Assembly (NCBI GenBank): GCA_905331295.1
Contig: CAJNYD010000034.1
Location: 62,001 to 126,000, forward strand
Direction: 5' to 3'
Source: Rotaria socialis
Taxonomy: Eukaryota
DNA: 64,000 bases
Shown here piece by piece: positions 26,592-43,700 of this stretch; position 1 is the stretch's first letter; every line of letters starts with the position of its first letter. The translations under genes and the position numbers were made by a program. The notes under the pieces were generated by a model. The model saw only the letters and a program-made list of their open reading frames with translations, was not told the origin of the DNA and searched no databases.

Positions 26592-28047
26592 ATGAAATTT
26601 CTCCTTTGCTTACTTATTACTCTTGGTGTTACCTATGGTGCTATTTTACGTAAGTGAATAGGTTAAAACATCAACGTTTAAAATATGTTCATTATGTTTT
26701 CATTTATTGAATAGCATTCAAACCCAATTGTGCCAATATGTTCTGTTCTTTGGACCTCAAGATCTGTCCTGATGGTTCACTCGCTCCAATTCCAGTTGGT
26801 GGATGTTGTCCATCATTGAGTGCTTGCAAAACAGTTGTATCACCAATCGAGTGTATGTTAAAATATAAATTCTCAGATTTATTTATATATTTTTCTTTCA
26901 TTGATTATATAATAGCTATCTCAGATTGTGGTTTCTCTATATGCAGCCTGATTTTACTATTGTGCCCTGATGGTAGACCAGCTCCAATACCAACTGGCCA
27001 ATGTTGCCCAAGTCTCTCTGCTTGTAGTTTATCAAGTGAGCAGCTTTTTCGATATGATAGAATATGAATTGTATCTTATCTTTTTTCATAGAACTAGCTG
27101 TCCGAAGCAATCCATTAAGTTCACTTCTTTCTGGTAGTAATCTTTTACAATCATTGTCCACAGCTACACATGGTACTAACTTGGGAACAGCCTTATCAAT
27201 TATTAACTTACTCAACAATGTTCAACAACTCTCGAACGATGTATGAAGACATTTTAATAAATTATGAATATAATAATATCTTTCTAAGGTTCATCAAATT
27301 CCTATTCTCATTAATCAAACACTCGCTAGCATTCTCAATGGAACAGGTCAAGCTGGTCAAATCATCATCAATCAATTGATTGGTGCTGTTTCCAATATTG
27401 CTCATCCGAGTAAATACCTAGATAGAAACTTCAGACTAAATTCGTTTTATTTATTAATACACTAGATGCTGCTAGCCGAAATCTCTTAGATTCTCTTGGT
27501 CAAAATGCTAATTTACTTTCGAGCATTTCACATCTTTTACCACAAGGTACATCCATCTCGACTGTTCTCTCCATTCTTAACTTATTGAACAACGTCAATG
27601 CTCTTAACAACGATATTCATCAAATCCCTACTTTACTCAATCAAACTTTAGCAAGCATTTTTGCTGGTGCTGGTCAAGCTGGTCAAGTTGTTGTCCAACA
27701 ATTACTCAATCTTGTTGGATCACATCCACAACGTATGTTTCTACCACTTTTATTGTCAATAATGATAAAGCGAATTTCATTTTGAATCAATTTTAGCCGC
27801 TAGCCGAAACCTCTTAGAGTCCCTTGGTCAAAATGCTAATTTACTTTCGAGCATTTCACATCTCTTACCACAAGGCACATCCATCTCGACTGTTCTCTCC
27901 ATTCTTAACTTATTGAACAACGTCAACGCTCTTAACGGTGATCTTCATCAAATTCCAGTAGTTCTTCAAGAAACACTTCAAAACCTTGTCAATGGTATTA
28001 CAAGTCTTTTACCACCAACAGTTCAATCACTTCAAGGATCGGCATAA
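26592..28047 (+). CDS. Secreted modular protein, 367 aa: signal peptide, 2 Cys-rich modules, 3 Leu/Asn-rich repeats (7 exons)
   Basis: Exons 26592-26649, 26715-26852, 26916-27035, 27092-27240, 27289-27409, 27466-27732 and 27797-28047 splice in frame (1104 nt). Signal peptide MKFLLCLLITLGVTYGA. Confidence 0.85.
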
Positions 28048-28653
28048 AATAAATACTCCTGTATTTTTCCTTTTCAAATTGCAATAAATTTCTTTGAAAC
28101 TTGATCGAAACGTGTAGTTCTTTTGAATACTTCGTATAAATTGTAATATCACTGTAAGAGAAAATCTAGATAATATATCTGGTACTAATTGAAATGAATT
28201 GATTCTATTATTCAATTTTATATGATTGATTGTTGGATCATATCGATTGTTAATGAAGCAAAAAAATAGTCTTTCATTCACGACAGTATGTGATGGAATG
28301 TGGTTCGAAGGAAAAAATAGATGTCGATAGTTAGCGATTGATAAAATGAATTGTTAAATTGTATAAGAATAATTGAAATGATAATTTTTCAATTTGTTAT
28401 AAAAATATATTTGTTAAAAGATTCTATTAGGTTTTTATAGGATTAGTGTTGGCTTAATCCTTTAACGAATCGGACAATTCTCCTTTTTGTGTATATATCA
28501 TTGTTAAATAATTCGTTCACAAGTAATTGTTTCATTTCATTTTATACTTCAGGTTTCTCGAAGGTAGGTCATGTGGATGAAAACGAGAGAAGATATTAGC
28601 TTTTTTTTGTATCATAAGTTTGCTTTCAAATGTAAAAAAAATTAGTTTTCTAG

Positions 28654-33915
<5,262 letters not shown>

Positions 33916-34736
33916 ATAGCAACAAATTATCCATTATATTAATATTACTATTTTTTTGTATAGATAAATCTCTTGTAAAACATTGTGTTCATTTTTTTTT
34001 TGCGTGTGTAACACACTTATTGTAATGAAGATGTAACAGAAAATTAATAGAAAAAAAGATTATCTCTATTCAATTGAATGAATTAAGTCATTGTATCAAT
34101 AGACTTGCAATACCGTTAATTCTATCTAAATAAATATATGCCATCGATATCAAGAGAAAGAAAGAAAAAGCTAACTGAAATATTCTTTCTTTATTTCATC
34201 TTTCTGCTCTATTCCATTCTTCTTTCACTCCTTCTATCAAGTCGACGTCTCTTGCAAATATTGTCTGACGAATATTTTGTTTTTCTTTTGAATAGCAAAT
34301 ATATATAAATTCAACCTATTCTCGATAAAAGATACAGTAATGTGGCATCATTATGCTAGTATGCATTGCCATCCGTGTTTGTCAAGTGTCAACACATTTT
34401 TTACATTATGATGGTAATTATAGTAAAATGAATGCATGAAGCAGAATTGATTGAATTTGTTCGATGTTTGATGAAAGAAAATAAAAAGTAATTAAAGTTT
34501 ATTCTGTATCAACTTATTCAAAGTTTCAACCGATTATCTACCGATGTATATATATATATACCTATGCAAAAGATAGGTATTGTTAACACGGTGCAGACGT
34601 TAAGGTGAATTTTATTCAACTATCAAGTCTAAAAAGTATGACAAATCTATATTACAAGATTTTTTTTGTTATTATTATCTTAAAGTGTTACAACTTCAGT
34701 GAAAAAAGGTGCGGTAAGTAAAACATGTAACAAAAC

Positions 34737-34743
<7 letters not shown>

Positions 34744-34777
<34 letters not shown>
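34744..34777 (+). repeat. (GA)n microsatellite
   Basis: Uninterrupted AG dinucleotide run. Confidence 0.95.
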
Positions 34778-34781
<4 letters not shown>

Positions 34782-35559
34782 AAAAGGAAGAAGAAACGGA
34801 AACTCATTTTTATATTCGAGACGTGCGACAACGACGACTACGATTCCCCAAAGACCTGCTTTCACTCTGTTCTATTAAGCTACCTATCACCTTGCTAGTT
34901 ACAACTCGAAGCGTTACGATTACACGCATACAAATACACACTCACGAATTCGTGCACCCATATAGGGAACAGCCCTAGAGAAATTAGACTTGTGCCTGCT
35001 ATTAGACATGTTACATGTCGACAAAGACGATAGTTTTATAGGTTTTTACTTCTATGGCACGTTGCCGATAAGAAAAATATGTTGGTTTTACTTACTAAGA
35101 CAAGGTCTGTTCTTTTTTTTTATTTAATACTTTGATCCGATTGATTATTCAGAAGTGAGAAAAATAAACAAAATAAACATTTTCTAAAATTCGAGCAAAT
35201 CAAACATCAAGTGTTTTCAACAGTAGTTTTCCTTTCTCTCTGTCTCTGTCTCTGTCTCTGTCGCCCTCTTTTACTCTTTTCTTTTTCTCTCTATTTCATT
35301 CCCTTGTGATGCAATATAGAACGTTGTCCATTTATATTTAAAAATGAAACAAAAGAAAAATAATAACTTGTTCTAATCAACATCGTCAACCACATCAAGA
35401 AGCATTCTGTGCTGACAATGGAAAGAAATTCAACAGCTGAATAGCAGCACAAATACTCACCAACCGACAACTAAACAAACTGACTGTTGTTACAAGCTGA
35501 CGTCTTACATAAAAGATAAATGAATAAATGAAAGACATTCAATCTATTAAGAAGCTATA

Positions 35560-35626
35560 AGTGCAGGTTTTGTTGATAATTCGGACATGGACATTCTATT
35601 TGTTCGTTGTCGTCAAAACCTGTATT
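35560..35626 (+). ncRNA. mir-981: pre-miRNA of the miR-981/miR-76 family; mature 3p about 35603-35624 UUCGUUGUCGUCAAAACCUGUA
   Basis: Long hairpin: GUGCAGGUUUUGUUGAUAAUUCGGACA pairs with UGUUCGUUGUCGUCAAAACCUGUAU through several G-U pairs on the + strand. The 3' arm has seed UCGUUGU and closely resembles protostome miR-981 as I recall it. Confidence 0.85.
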
Positions 35627-38383
35627 GAACTGGCAAAATGAACAACTGTAATAATAATTAAGATTGATTCAATGATAATGAAAGTATGTAGAAAAAAAAG
35701 ATATATTTGCTTTCTTTATTTCGCAGTTTTTTACTTTTTCTTAATGTTTCATTAGAAAAAAAATGAGGACACAAAAGAATTGTTATACTAGTATAAATCT
35801 ATTTCTTGAGTGAGATTAGGTGTTGTTACTTTTTATTTTATTGTTTTTTAGCACTTGTACTTTTTTCCATTGCAAATTTATTTGGCAGGTAACTACATTC
35901 ATTCTAACGAATTAAAAGGAATAGATTTAATAATTAGTAGAGCATCAAAGTTCTATGCGATAGATATTTTATCAATCATTGAGAAGTGTGTAATACAACA
36001 CTAGAAGCACGGAAAGAGCCGGATGTGAAGTGGATAAGTAGCAGAAGAATGGGTACTACATAAGCAATTTCTAAAAGAAGAAAAGTGCTCTGTCACATTA
36101 TTTCAAAAATTGTAGAGCGTGACGCACTCGCATAATTTGCAATTCAGTAGTCGTTATGCAAATAGAAAAATCTTTATATTTACTCTAAAAAACCTTATTT
36201 TTTCATACGTCATACGATAATTTTTATACAATATGATCTGTAATGATAGTTAATATCGAGTTCTTTTCGTAGATGTCAAATTAGATCGAAGAGTTATAAA
36301 GAAACAAAAGCTTTTCTGATTGCAATTTTCATTGAACTTTCTAATGTATACTATTTCTCTTTTTTTTTCGAATTTTGGAGTTCTTTGTCGCTAAAATTAT
36401 ATATTTTTTCTTGATTATACTCAAGAGAATTATTCTTTCATCTTCTAAACCCTATGCTTGATAATATTTCACAAAATCTTTCAATCAAAATGGTTAAAAT
36501 AAATCTATCGGAATAGAAGCTTCTGTATTTTTTGTTTCATACGATAGAGAAAAAATACTTTGGAATAATGACTTATAAATTATTTTTAAAACTTGATCTA
36601 ATCAACTTTCATCCAAGAGGAAAAACCGTATTCTAAGATAAAAGAAAACTGTATATTAAAGATTCATTCTAGAAGAAATTGACCACCATGATGTAATATC
36701 AATAAATTCAAATATTCTATAGTAATTACTATTGTATGTTCATTTAATTCATTGGAGATGATTTTGTAGGTTCCTATTGCATATTAATCGGGCATCAAAC
36801 AAAAATTCATTTATTCTTGATCACGAAACGGTTGATTTGTTTGTTCGACAATCGCATGTATAACTAATCAATATTTTCCTGTTGCTCCTTACCATAGTTT
36901 CTTGATTACGATACAAGTAAAACACAAAAAAAGAAAATTAAATGATTAAATATAAAGGATAGTGTTATATACAAAAAATATTGCAGTGATTTCCTCGAGA
37001 TTTCGGCTAAAGCTAAACAATATTCTAACTTTCGTTGCTGTCAATCTACCGACATTGACGTTTCAAAGCTCCAAAAACCAAAATCGTCTTAATTTAAAAA
37101 AAATGTTTTTTGTTGTGAATGTAATCTGCTAAGTGTCAGAAAGCTATAGTTCAAGTAAATGCAAATGTTTGACAGACCGTTCCAATAGATGGCAATACAT
37201 TTTCTAGCTTCAACAAATGATGCTTGTGTAATAGATTCTAAACAATTTCTTAATGTAAAAATTTCAATTAACTAGAAACATTCATATGGAAATGTATGAT
37301 TGAAAAATTTAATTTTAAATATAATTTACGTCCATTAAAGTTTACATTTACTAAATAATCGCTGACAATATGGCTAGAGGAGGTTGGAAAATGATAGTTC
37401 TTTCTCTCTCTCGCTGTCTGATTATACAATTGTGAGTATAGTCATCCTCTCATTTTGGAGAAAGTTACTGATGCGTCTCACTCAATGTTTGAGAGCAATT
37501 CCGACTATGAACTTCTTGTATTTTTAAATATTTACACCACTATAACTTGCTTTCATGTTGAATAAACCTTGAGAGTCTTATTTACGACAAGTTGCAAATA
37601 TTTTAATTTCGAATAAATTACCCAATATTTTCACAGCTGATGAAGACTGCATTAGCTAGAACTATTTCCTTTATGAACATGCAATTGAAATCATCAAAGA
37701 ATTTTAATACATGACTATAGAATGTCACAGTATTTTCCCGGGTATCAAAAGGTTTTTCAGGGAATAGGATCTAAAATTATTCATTCGAAAGAAAAAGACT
37801 TCAAATAAGTTAGGGAAGAAAAATAAGATCTAGCTTTATGATTAAAATCTCCGAACTAAAGAAAAATTTTTGTTGTCTCGTAGAACAATATTAATTTTTA
37901 CTTTTCAAAATTGTCGAATACAAACTAAAATTTCCAGTAAAACCTAACAGTCATTATATTTATCATTGTGGTGAACACTATCGTAAAAGCTTGAGTAGAA
38001 AGGTTTGAGAAAATTTTGCATCGCAGAAATCATACTAGAAGCAACTTTAAAACAAGTAAGACGTTTTTCGAAAAAATGTTTGCTTAAGTAGAAAATGGTT
38101 TTATGAACTTGATTTAAAATTTGACAAGTGCAGTTCAATATATTGAATAAACATGTCTTCAATAGCTCTACAGTTGTGAACTTCTTGTACGATTTTATTC
38201 CATGTAAGAAAACAGCATTAACATCCTAACAAGATATTCATTACGATCAATTGAATCTTTTATTTTAAAAAGTTGAACAGCTTAAGTATCTTTCTTTTCT
38301 GAACAACAAAATAGTAAAATATCAATCGAGTTTTTATTTATTATAAGACAAAACAGCTGCAGATCTTTTTATTTTTCCTCTGT

Positions 38384-39223
38384 TCATTTTGTCCTGTTAT
38401 TGTTATTATTAACGTTAACATCGTCATCATCGTCGTCATCATCTTTTTGTATATCTTTTGTGTATTTACTGAAATCAAATTCTTTATCATAACCCAACAT
38501 TTTCATTAATATTTGTTTATCAAAAAAATCATCATTATTAATAAAGAATGGTTTACTTTTAATCAGCATTGATGTAAACATTCCAGTGATTGGAGGTACT
38601 ACAACATCTTCAGCACGAAATTTGATTTGTCTTTCCATCATAAAAAAATTCTTATAAAAACCAGTAAATTGTTGACTTTGTTCATGATAATATAATGATG
38701 TTAGATATCGTTTACATATTAATTGTATAAGTGATGGCGTTAATAAAACGAATGTTGCTGATATTATTGTATAACCAATAGCCACAAATATAGATGCTTC
38801 ATGAAGAATTTTGGGTAACATAACTGGATAACAAATAGCACCACCAATACTCGATGCCAATGAGAGGGATTTAGCTGCTCGGAACGGTTTATCTAATTTT
38901 CCAATATAAATAAGTTTACCAAGAGTTTTCTCACGAAGTTGTTCACGTTTTGATAACGAACTATTCGAATCTGTATTCATATCCATGTATGGCAATTTTT
39001 GGTCAGGTTGTAATGAATTATGATCGATTATTGGTGGTACGAGGTCGCCTTTTTTAATTTTTTCAAATGCTTTAATTAAATTTGGATCAAGAAGAAAATC
39101 TGTTCCTGTCATCTCAGGTTCTTTACATTTTTGTTGTAGTGAACTAGTCAGACGAATAAAAGAATTTAAACGAAATATATTCGTTTGCTGACAAACAACG
39201 ATGTTTCGAATTATTGTTAACAT
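38384..39223 (-). CDS. TMEM70: TMEM70 mitochondrial ATP synthase assembly factor (no coding intron)
   Basis: Presequence-like N-terminus, LIYIGKL...KSLSLASS, two TM segments, TPSLIQLICKRYLTSLYY and DVVVPPITGMFTS. Confidence 0.88.
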   Translation of the reverse strand: MLTIIRNIVVCQQTNIFRLNSFIRLTSSLQQKCKEPEMTGTDFLLDPNLIKAFEKIKKGDLVPPIIDHNSLQPDQKLPYMDMNTDSNSSLSKREQLREKTLGKLIYIGKLDKPFRAAKSLSLASSIGGAICYPVMLPKILHEASIFVAIGYTIISATFVLLTPSLIQLICKRYLTSLYYHEQSQQFTGFYKNFFMMERQIKFRAEDVVVPPITGMFTSMLIKSKPFFINNDDFFDKQILMKMLGYDKEFDFSKYTKDIQKDDDDDDDDVNVNNNNNRTK

Positions 39224-39679
39224 TATCTAAAATTAAAAAGAAAAAAGATTGATCTAACACGGATTCAGTCAGATTCGATGATTTCTCATCAGTGTTTGTC
39301 TTCTATTCGGTTTCATTCTATGGATTTTTTTAATCGATTCTATTCTTTCGGATGCAGAAACAATTTATATATTTATAATACTAAAAACAAATTAAATTGT
39401 TTGTTTTAATGATTTTATCACATTGAATTTCAAATAGTGAAATTTTCTTCACATGATACGTATCGTTGATTTGTTGTGATCATTATGCGTATCTCAAAGG
39501 GTGCTCGTTGATATGTTATTTAGTTTCAGTCGAATTAGTATATGGAATAGTTGGATGCCTATCATTTTCTTTTCCTATGATAAACTACAATCGAACTGGA
39601 GAGAAACACAAATGAAAGATCATCGAATAGGACTGAAAATGCATTTTGTAAAAAATAAAATAAAACACAAAAAATCATT

Positions 39680-40537
39680 TCATTTGGTATCTCTAGCTAA
39701 TTGATCAGCCATTGTTTGCGCACGGTTAAATGCTGCCATAATTGCATCCATAAATGCACCACGTACACCTTTGTTTTCAAGTTCATGTAAACCATAAATT
39801 GTCGTACCGCCTGGTGTTGATATATCATTTTTAAGTTCAGCTGGATGTTTCGACGATGCTACTAAAACATCAGCACAACCGAGCATCGTTCGTGCTGCTA
39901 ATGTATTTGCTAATTGACGAGAAAGGCCTGCTTTAACTGCGCCATCAGCGAGACCTTCGACTGCCGTACAGAAAAAAGCTGGACCACTACCGATTAAAGC
40001 ACACATGATATCTAATTCAGATTCACTAACAGCACCAGCATAGTAGGCAACTTTATCAAAAATTGATTTTAAATAATTTTCCAGTCGACGATTGTTTTCA
40101 TTCGTAGTCAACGATGATATAGCATACGAGCCATTGCATTTAGCAACATTAACATTGTACATAATTCGAATAATATTATTCTCAGTATGAAGCCAATGGG
40201 ATAATGTTGAAATAGTTAAACCTGGAACGATTGATATAAATAAGATATTTGTTAAACGATTTTTATCAAGAGATTTTTCAAGTTCTTGACATATGGATTT
40301 TATTAATTTTGCTTTTACAGCAAATAATACAATATCACAAGTATTGCAAAGCAATAGATTTGACGATGTCATTTGAATCATATTACTGAAGCGTTTCAAT
40401 GATGATTTATCATCATTTGCAGATGGACAACTTATCGTAAGATGTATTTTATCAAGATAATTTGCTTCATGAAGTCCATCAACTAATGCTTGTACAATAC
40501 GACCTCCACCAATAAAACCTATCCGTATATTTTCCAT
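39680..40537 (-). CDS. PYCR3: Pyrroline-5-carboxylate reductase, PYCR3-like (no coding intron)
   Basis: IGFIGGGRI Rossmann motif, LFAVK, GSGPAF, LADGAVKAGLSR and HPAELKNDISTPGGTTIYGLHELE. The paralog assignment is less certain than the family. Confidence 0.9.
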   Translation of the reverse strand: MENIRIGFIGGGRIVQALVDGLHEANYLDKIHLTISCPSANDDKSSLKRFSNMIQMTSSNLLLCNTCDIVLFAVKAKLIKSICQELEKSLDKNRLTNILFISIVPGLTISTLSHWLHTENNIIRIMYNVNVAKCNGSYAISSLTTNENNRRLENYLKSIFDKVAYYAGAVSESELDIMCALIGSGPAFFCTAVEGLADGAVKAGLSRQLANTLAARTMLGCADVLVASSKHPAELKNDISTPGGTTIYGLHELENKGVRGAFMDAIMAAFNRAQTMADQLARDTK

Positions 40538-40703
40538 CTAAATCATTTTGAAATAAAAGATCATATTACATATGTCTATCAGATATTTGAAAAAAAAACA
40601 GTACATCTGCATTTTTTGTATTGAATTTTAATAAAATATAATAATTACAATTAAAATTAAAATATGCATTAAATAAGAGAAATATTTCCATTCGTTGTGT
40701 TTC

Positions 40704-43700
40704 CTATGTTGAAGGATGAACACGTTCCGAATGAAAAATATCAATCGTTGTTTGATGACATGGACGAAGATCGAGATCATAATATCCAATAGATAATTTA
40801 GCTTTACGATAAGAAAATAAATAAAAAGGATGAAAAATAATTTTCATAATTCTTACATTCTGGTGGTTTATAAAAATCAAGTCCTCGACCAATTTTTACT
40901 ATCCATCCATTATTTAACCTAGTAATAAAAGTAATTTCAATTTTAGTAAAGCCTGTATTTAATAATGAACACGATGATACTCGATCAGAATTACTCGTTA
41001 GTAGAAAAAAAATTCAGTTTGAGTTTTTGTAAACTAGAAGTATGCAGTTGAAATTGCTTTTCAGATGCTACCAAATTGAATTCTATTTTTTTAAAATTCT
41101 CAGAGTTACTTCCACAATTAATTGTTAATAATGAATAATATGAAATAAATTGCTAATAAGATCAGAGAAACATCAAACATCTACTATTTAGATTTATAAC
41201 AGAATCTTCTAAGTCGAACTATCAATTTTCTAGTATCAAGAAATGTTTATATGGACTGATTTTAGTTTAATTTATTATGATTTTATTTTCTCACTTGATT
41301 TCTCGATCATGTAATCCAGTTAAATAGTTTATTTTAAGTTCAATTGAATGCTTGTTTGCAAGATGCTCTTTAAATTGATTTAATTGTTCAGTTTGTGTTT
41401 GTTTTGCTTGTTCATTCTATTGAGAGATTATTATAATGAAAGGGAAAACAAGAATTTTAATTCAATCTACCGTTTCGAAACTTGTAATTAAATCGATTCG
41501 TTTTATTTTAGCAGCTGATTTGATAACAACTTCACAAAATCGTAAAAAATTGCAGATCTAAATAATAATATTTTATTAGATGAGTAAAACTAGAAATGAA
41601 TATTAGAGAGACTTGATGAAACGCTCGTATATATGGATCTTGAACAGTAACTTGTGTGACGGATTCATCCAAGAAACGATTAAATATTTTTTCATAACTA
41701 TTCCCTAGTGAACCATCTTTTATTTGAATTTGTTCATGATAAGTTTTAGCTAAAATTAAGAACAAGAAAGTGAACAAAAAAAAAGGTTTTTATTCTTTAT
41801 TATTTAATATTAAAAAGAAACTAATAGAAAGCAATATATATTTTTTAAGCTTCGGTCTCATCTACAGTAGCTTTTGGTTTAAAAAATGGACTAGTAAATG
41901 TTGATGAAGCTGTTCCTTTTAATGCACCAACTGGAATACTACTACGTGTATTATTAGATCGATTACTCGTGTCACCACTAATTGTATCTGTATCTCGTAT
42001 ATATTTTATTTTTGATGCTTCTTCATTAGACTTTGAATGTAAACGACGACGATAAACAATAAAGCCAATTATGCACAATAAAAAAGCTATAACACCGACA
42101 GTAACGCCCGCAATAGTAGGTCCATGTTTACGACCTTTCTTTGTATTAGTTTCAAGAGTTTTTTTTGTTGTTTGTTGTGTTGTTACTGTTGTCGAAGTTG
42201 TTGGCGGAGTAGGAATTGATTGATTTCCAATGAGAAAAAACAATCGGGCACCACGCCAATTACTTGATACATTTGAAAATAATGATTCTGTTATATTCAA
42301 TACTAACTCAAGTTCATCTCTATCTGTTTGATATTCGAGTACAGGTTGATCAATATTTCCACATAGTGTTCTAGTTATTTTGCTATCACGATAACTAATT
42401 GAATCATAACATGAAACTGTAGATGTGGGATCTATTGTTGTTGATGTATCACGTATCGATAAATCGATAATATAAAGATATATCGAAAGTTGTTTGCCCT
42501 CGGGAGTATTTGGCAATAGAATGCGCAATGAACATTGTTGTTGGCCATATTGATAAGAATTTGGGTAATGTGGTGTTTCAATATATCCTTTGTCGAAATC
42601 AATATATGTATCAGAACAAAAAGTTGCTTTTGGATAAATTCCTGTTGGTTTCATGGGTATACATTGATAAAAGAATTGAATTGAATCAGCTTTATAACCA
42701 TTACACATATTTAGTTGTGGACCGATTGGAATCGAATGTATGTATGTACATGATTGTTGGCCAGAGCATAATGCTTGTGGTTGTTCACTTAGAAAATGGC
42801 AAGAGCTTTGTGAAATATCACACGATTGTGGATCATTAGTAACAAATTCATAGGATTGTAAAAAGACAAGACCATGATTTTCTGCACATGAAAAACTGAT
42901 GCGTTCACGATCAACTGATAAAGCACAAAGAATTTCGTTTTTAATAACAAATGCTGCATTCGGTGTCGGAGGAATAATAGTAACAACATCAGAACATTCA
43001 GGTTTTTCAATAGATTCAACATACAATTGAAAACCTTTATATTGAATGTTATTTGTTGGTAAATCAAAGTTTTTATAACGAATTTGAATCGTATTTGAAC
43101 ATGTTTCAAATAATTTACGTGTATGAACATTACCACAAAGACGTCTAATACCAATTTGTGAATCTTCAATTTCAATATATGGCTGATTATTATTACATTG
43201 TACACCTTGTTCACGAAATGATTGAATAGGTAAATTAAGCATAATAACAAATATAGAAAATGCTTTATGAGCTGGATTTCCTAATGATTTTACTGATTGT
43301 AAATTGATTTGACATTGTTTTGATTGAGATTCATAGCCAAACGATGAAATAATTGCACCACCGTCAACTCGTTCAAGTGGACTCGATGATGAACATATAT
43401 TAACATTTAATTTAGGTCGATTGGGAATACATTGATATTCAGCGTAGAAATATGTTGCTTTAGAATTATTACATTTTGGTAATGAAATTAAAGGAGGAAA
43501 TATATAGCACGATGGTTTTCCACCACATGTACCATGCAAATAAGTTCGTTCTTCGAAACAATCATCAGGTGAATAATTGCAACTACCTGTTTTACTTGCA
43601 GCAAGATCAATTTTATGTAAAACAAGACCATAATCAACTTTACAATGTAATTGTATTGATTGTTGAACGCACGCAATTGTTTGTGTTACAATTGTACTGA

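Noticed and set aside
39680..40537. Intronless PYCR as a horizontally acquired bacterial proC
   Set aside because: The TPGGTTIYGLH motif matches animal PYCR3 as I recall it, composition matches neighbours, and adjacent TMEM70 also lacks coding introns. A phylogeny would be needed to claim HGT.
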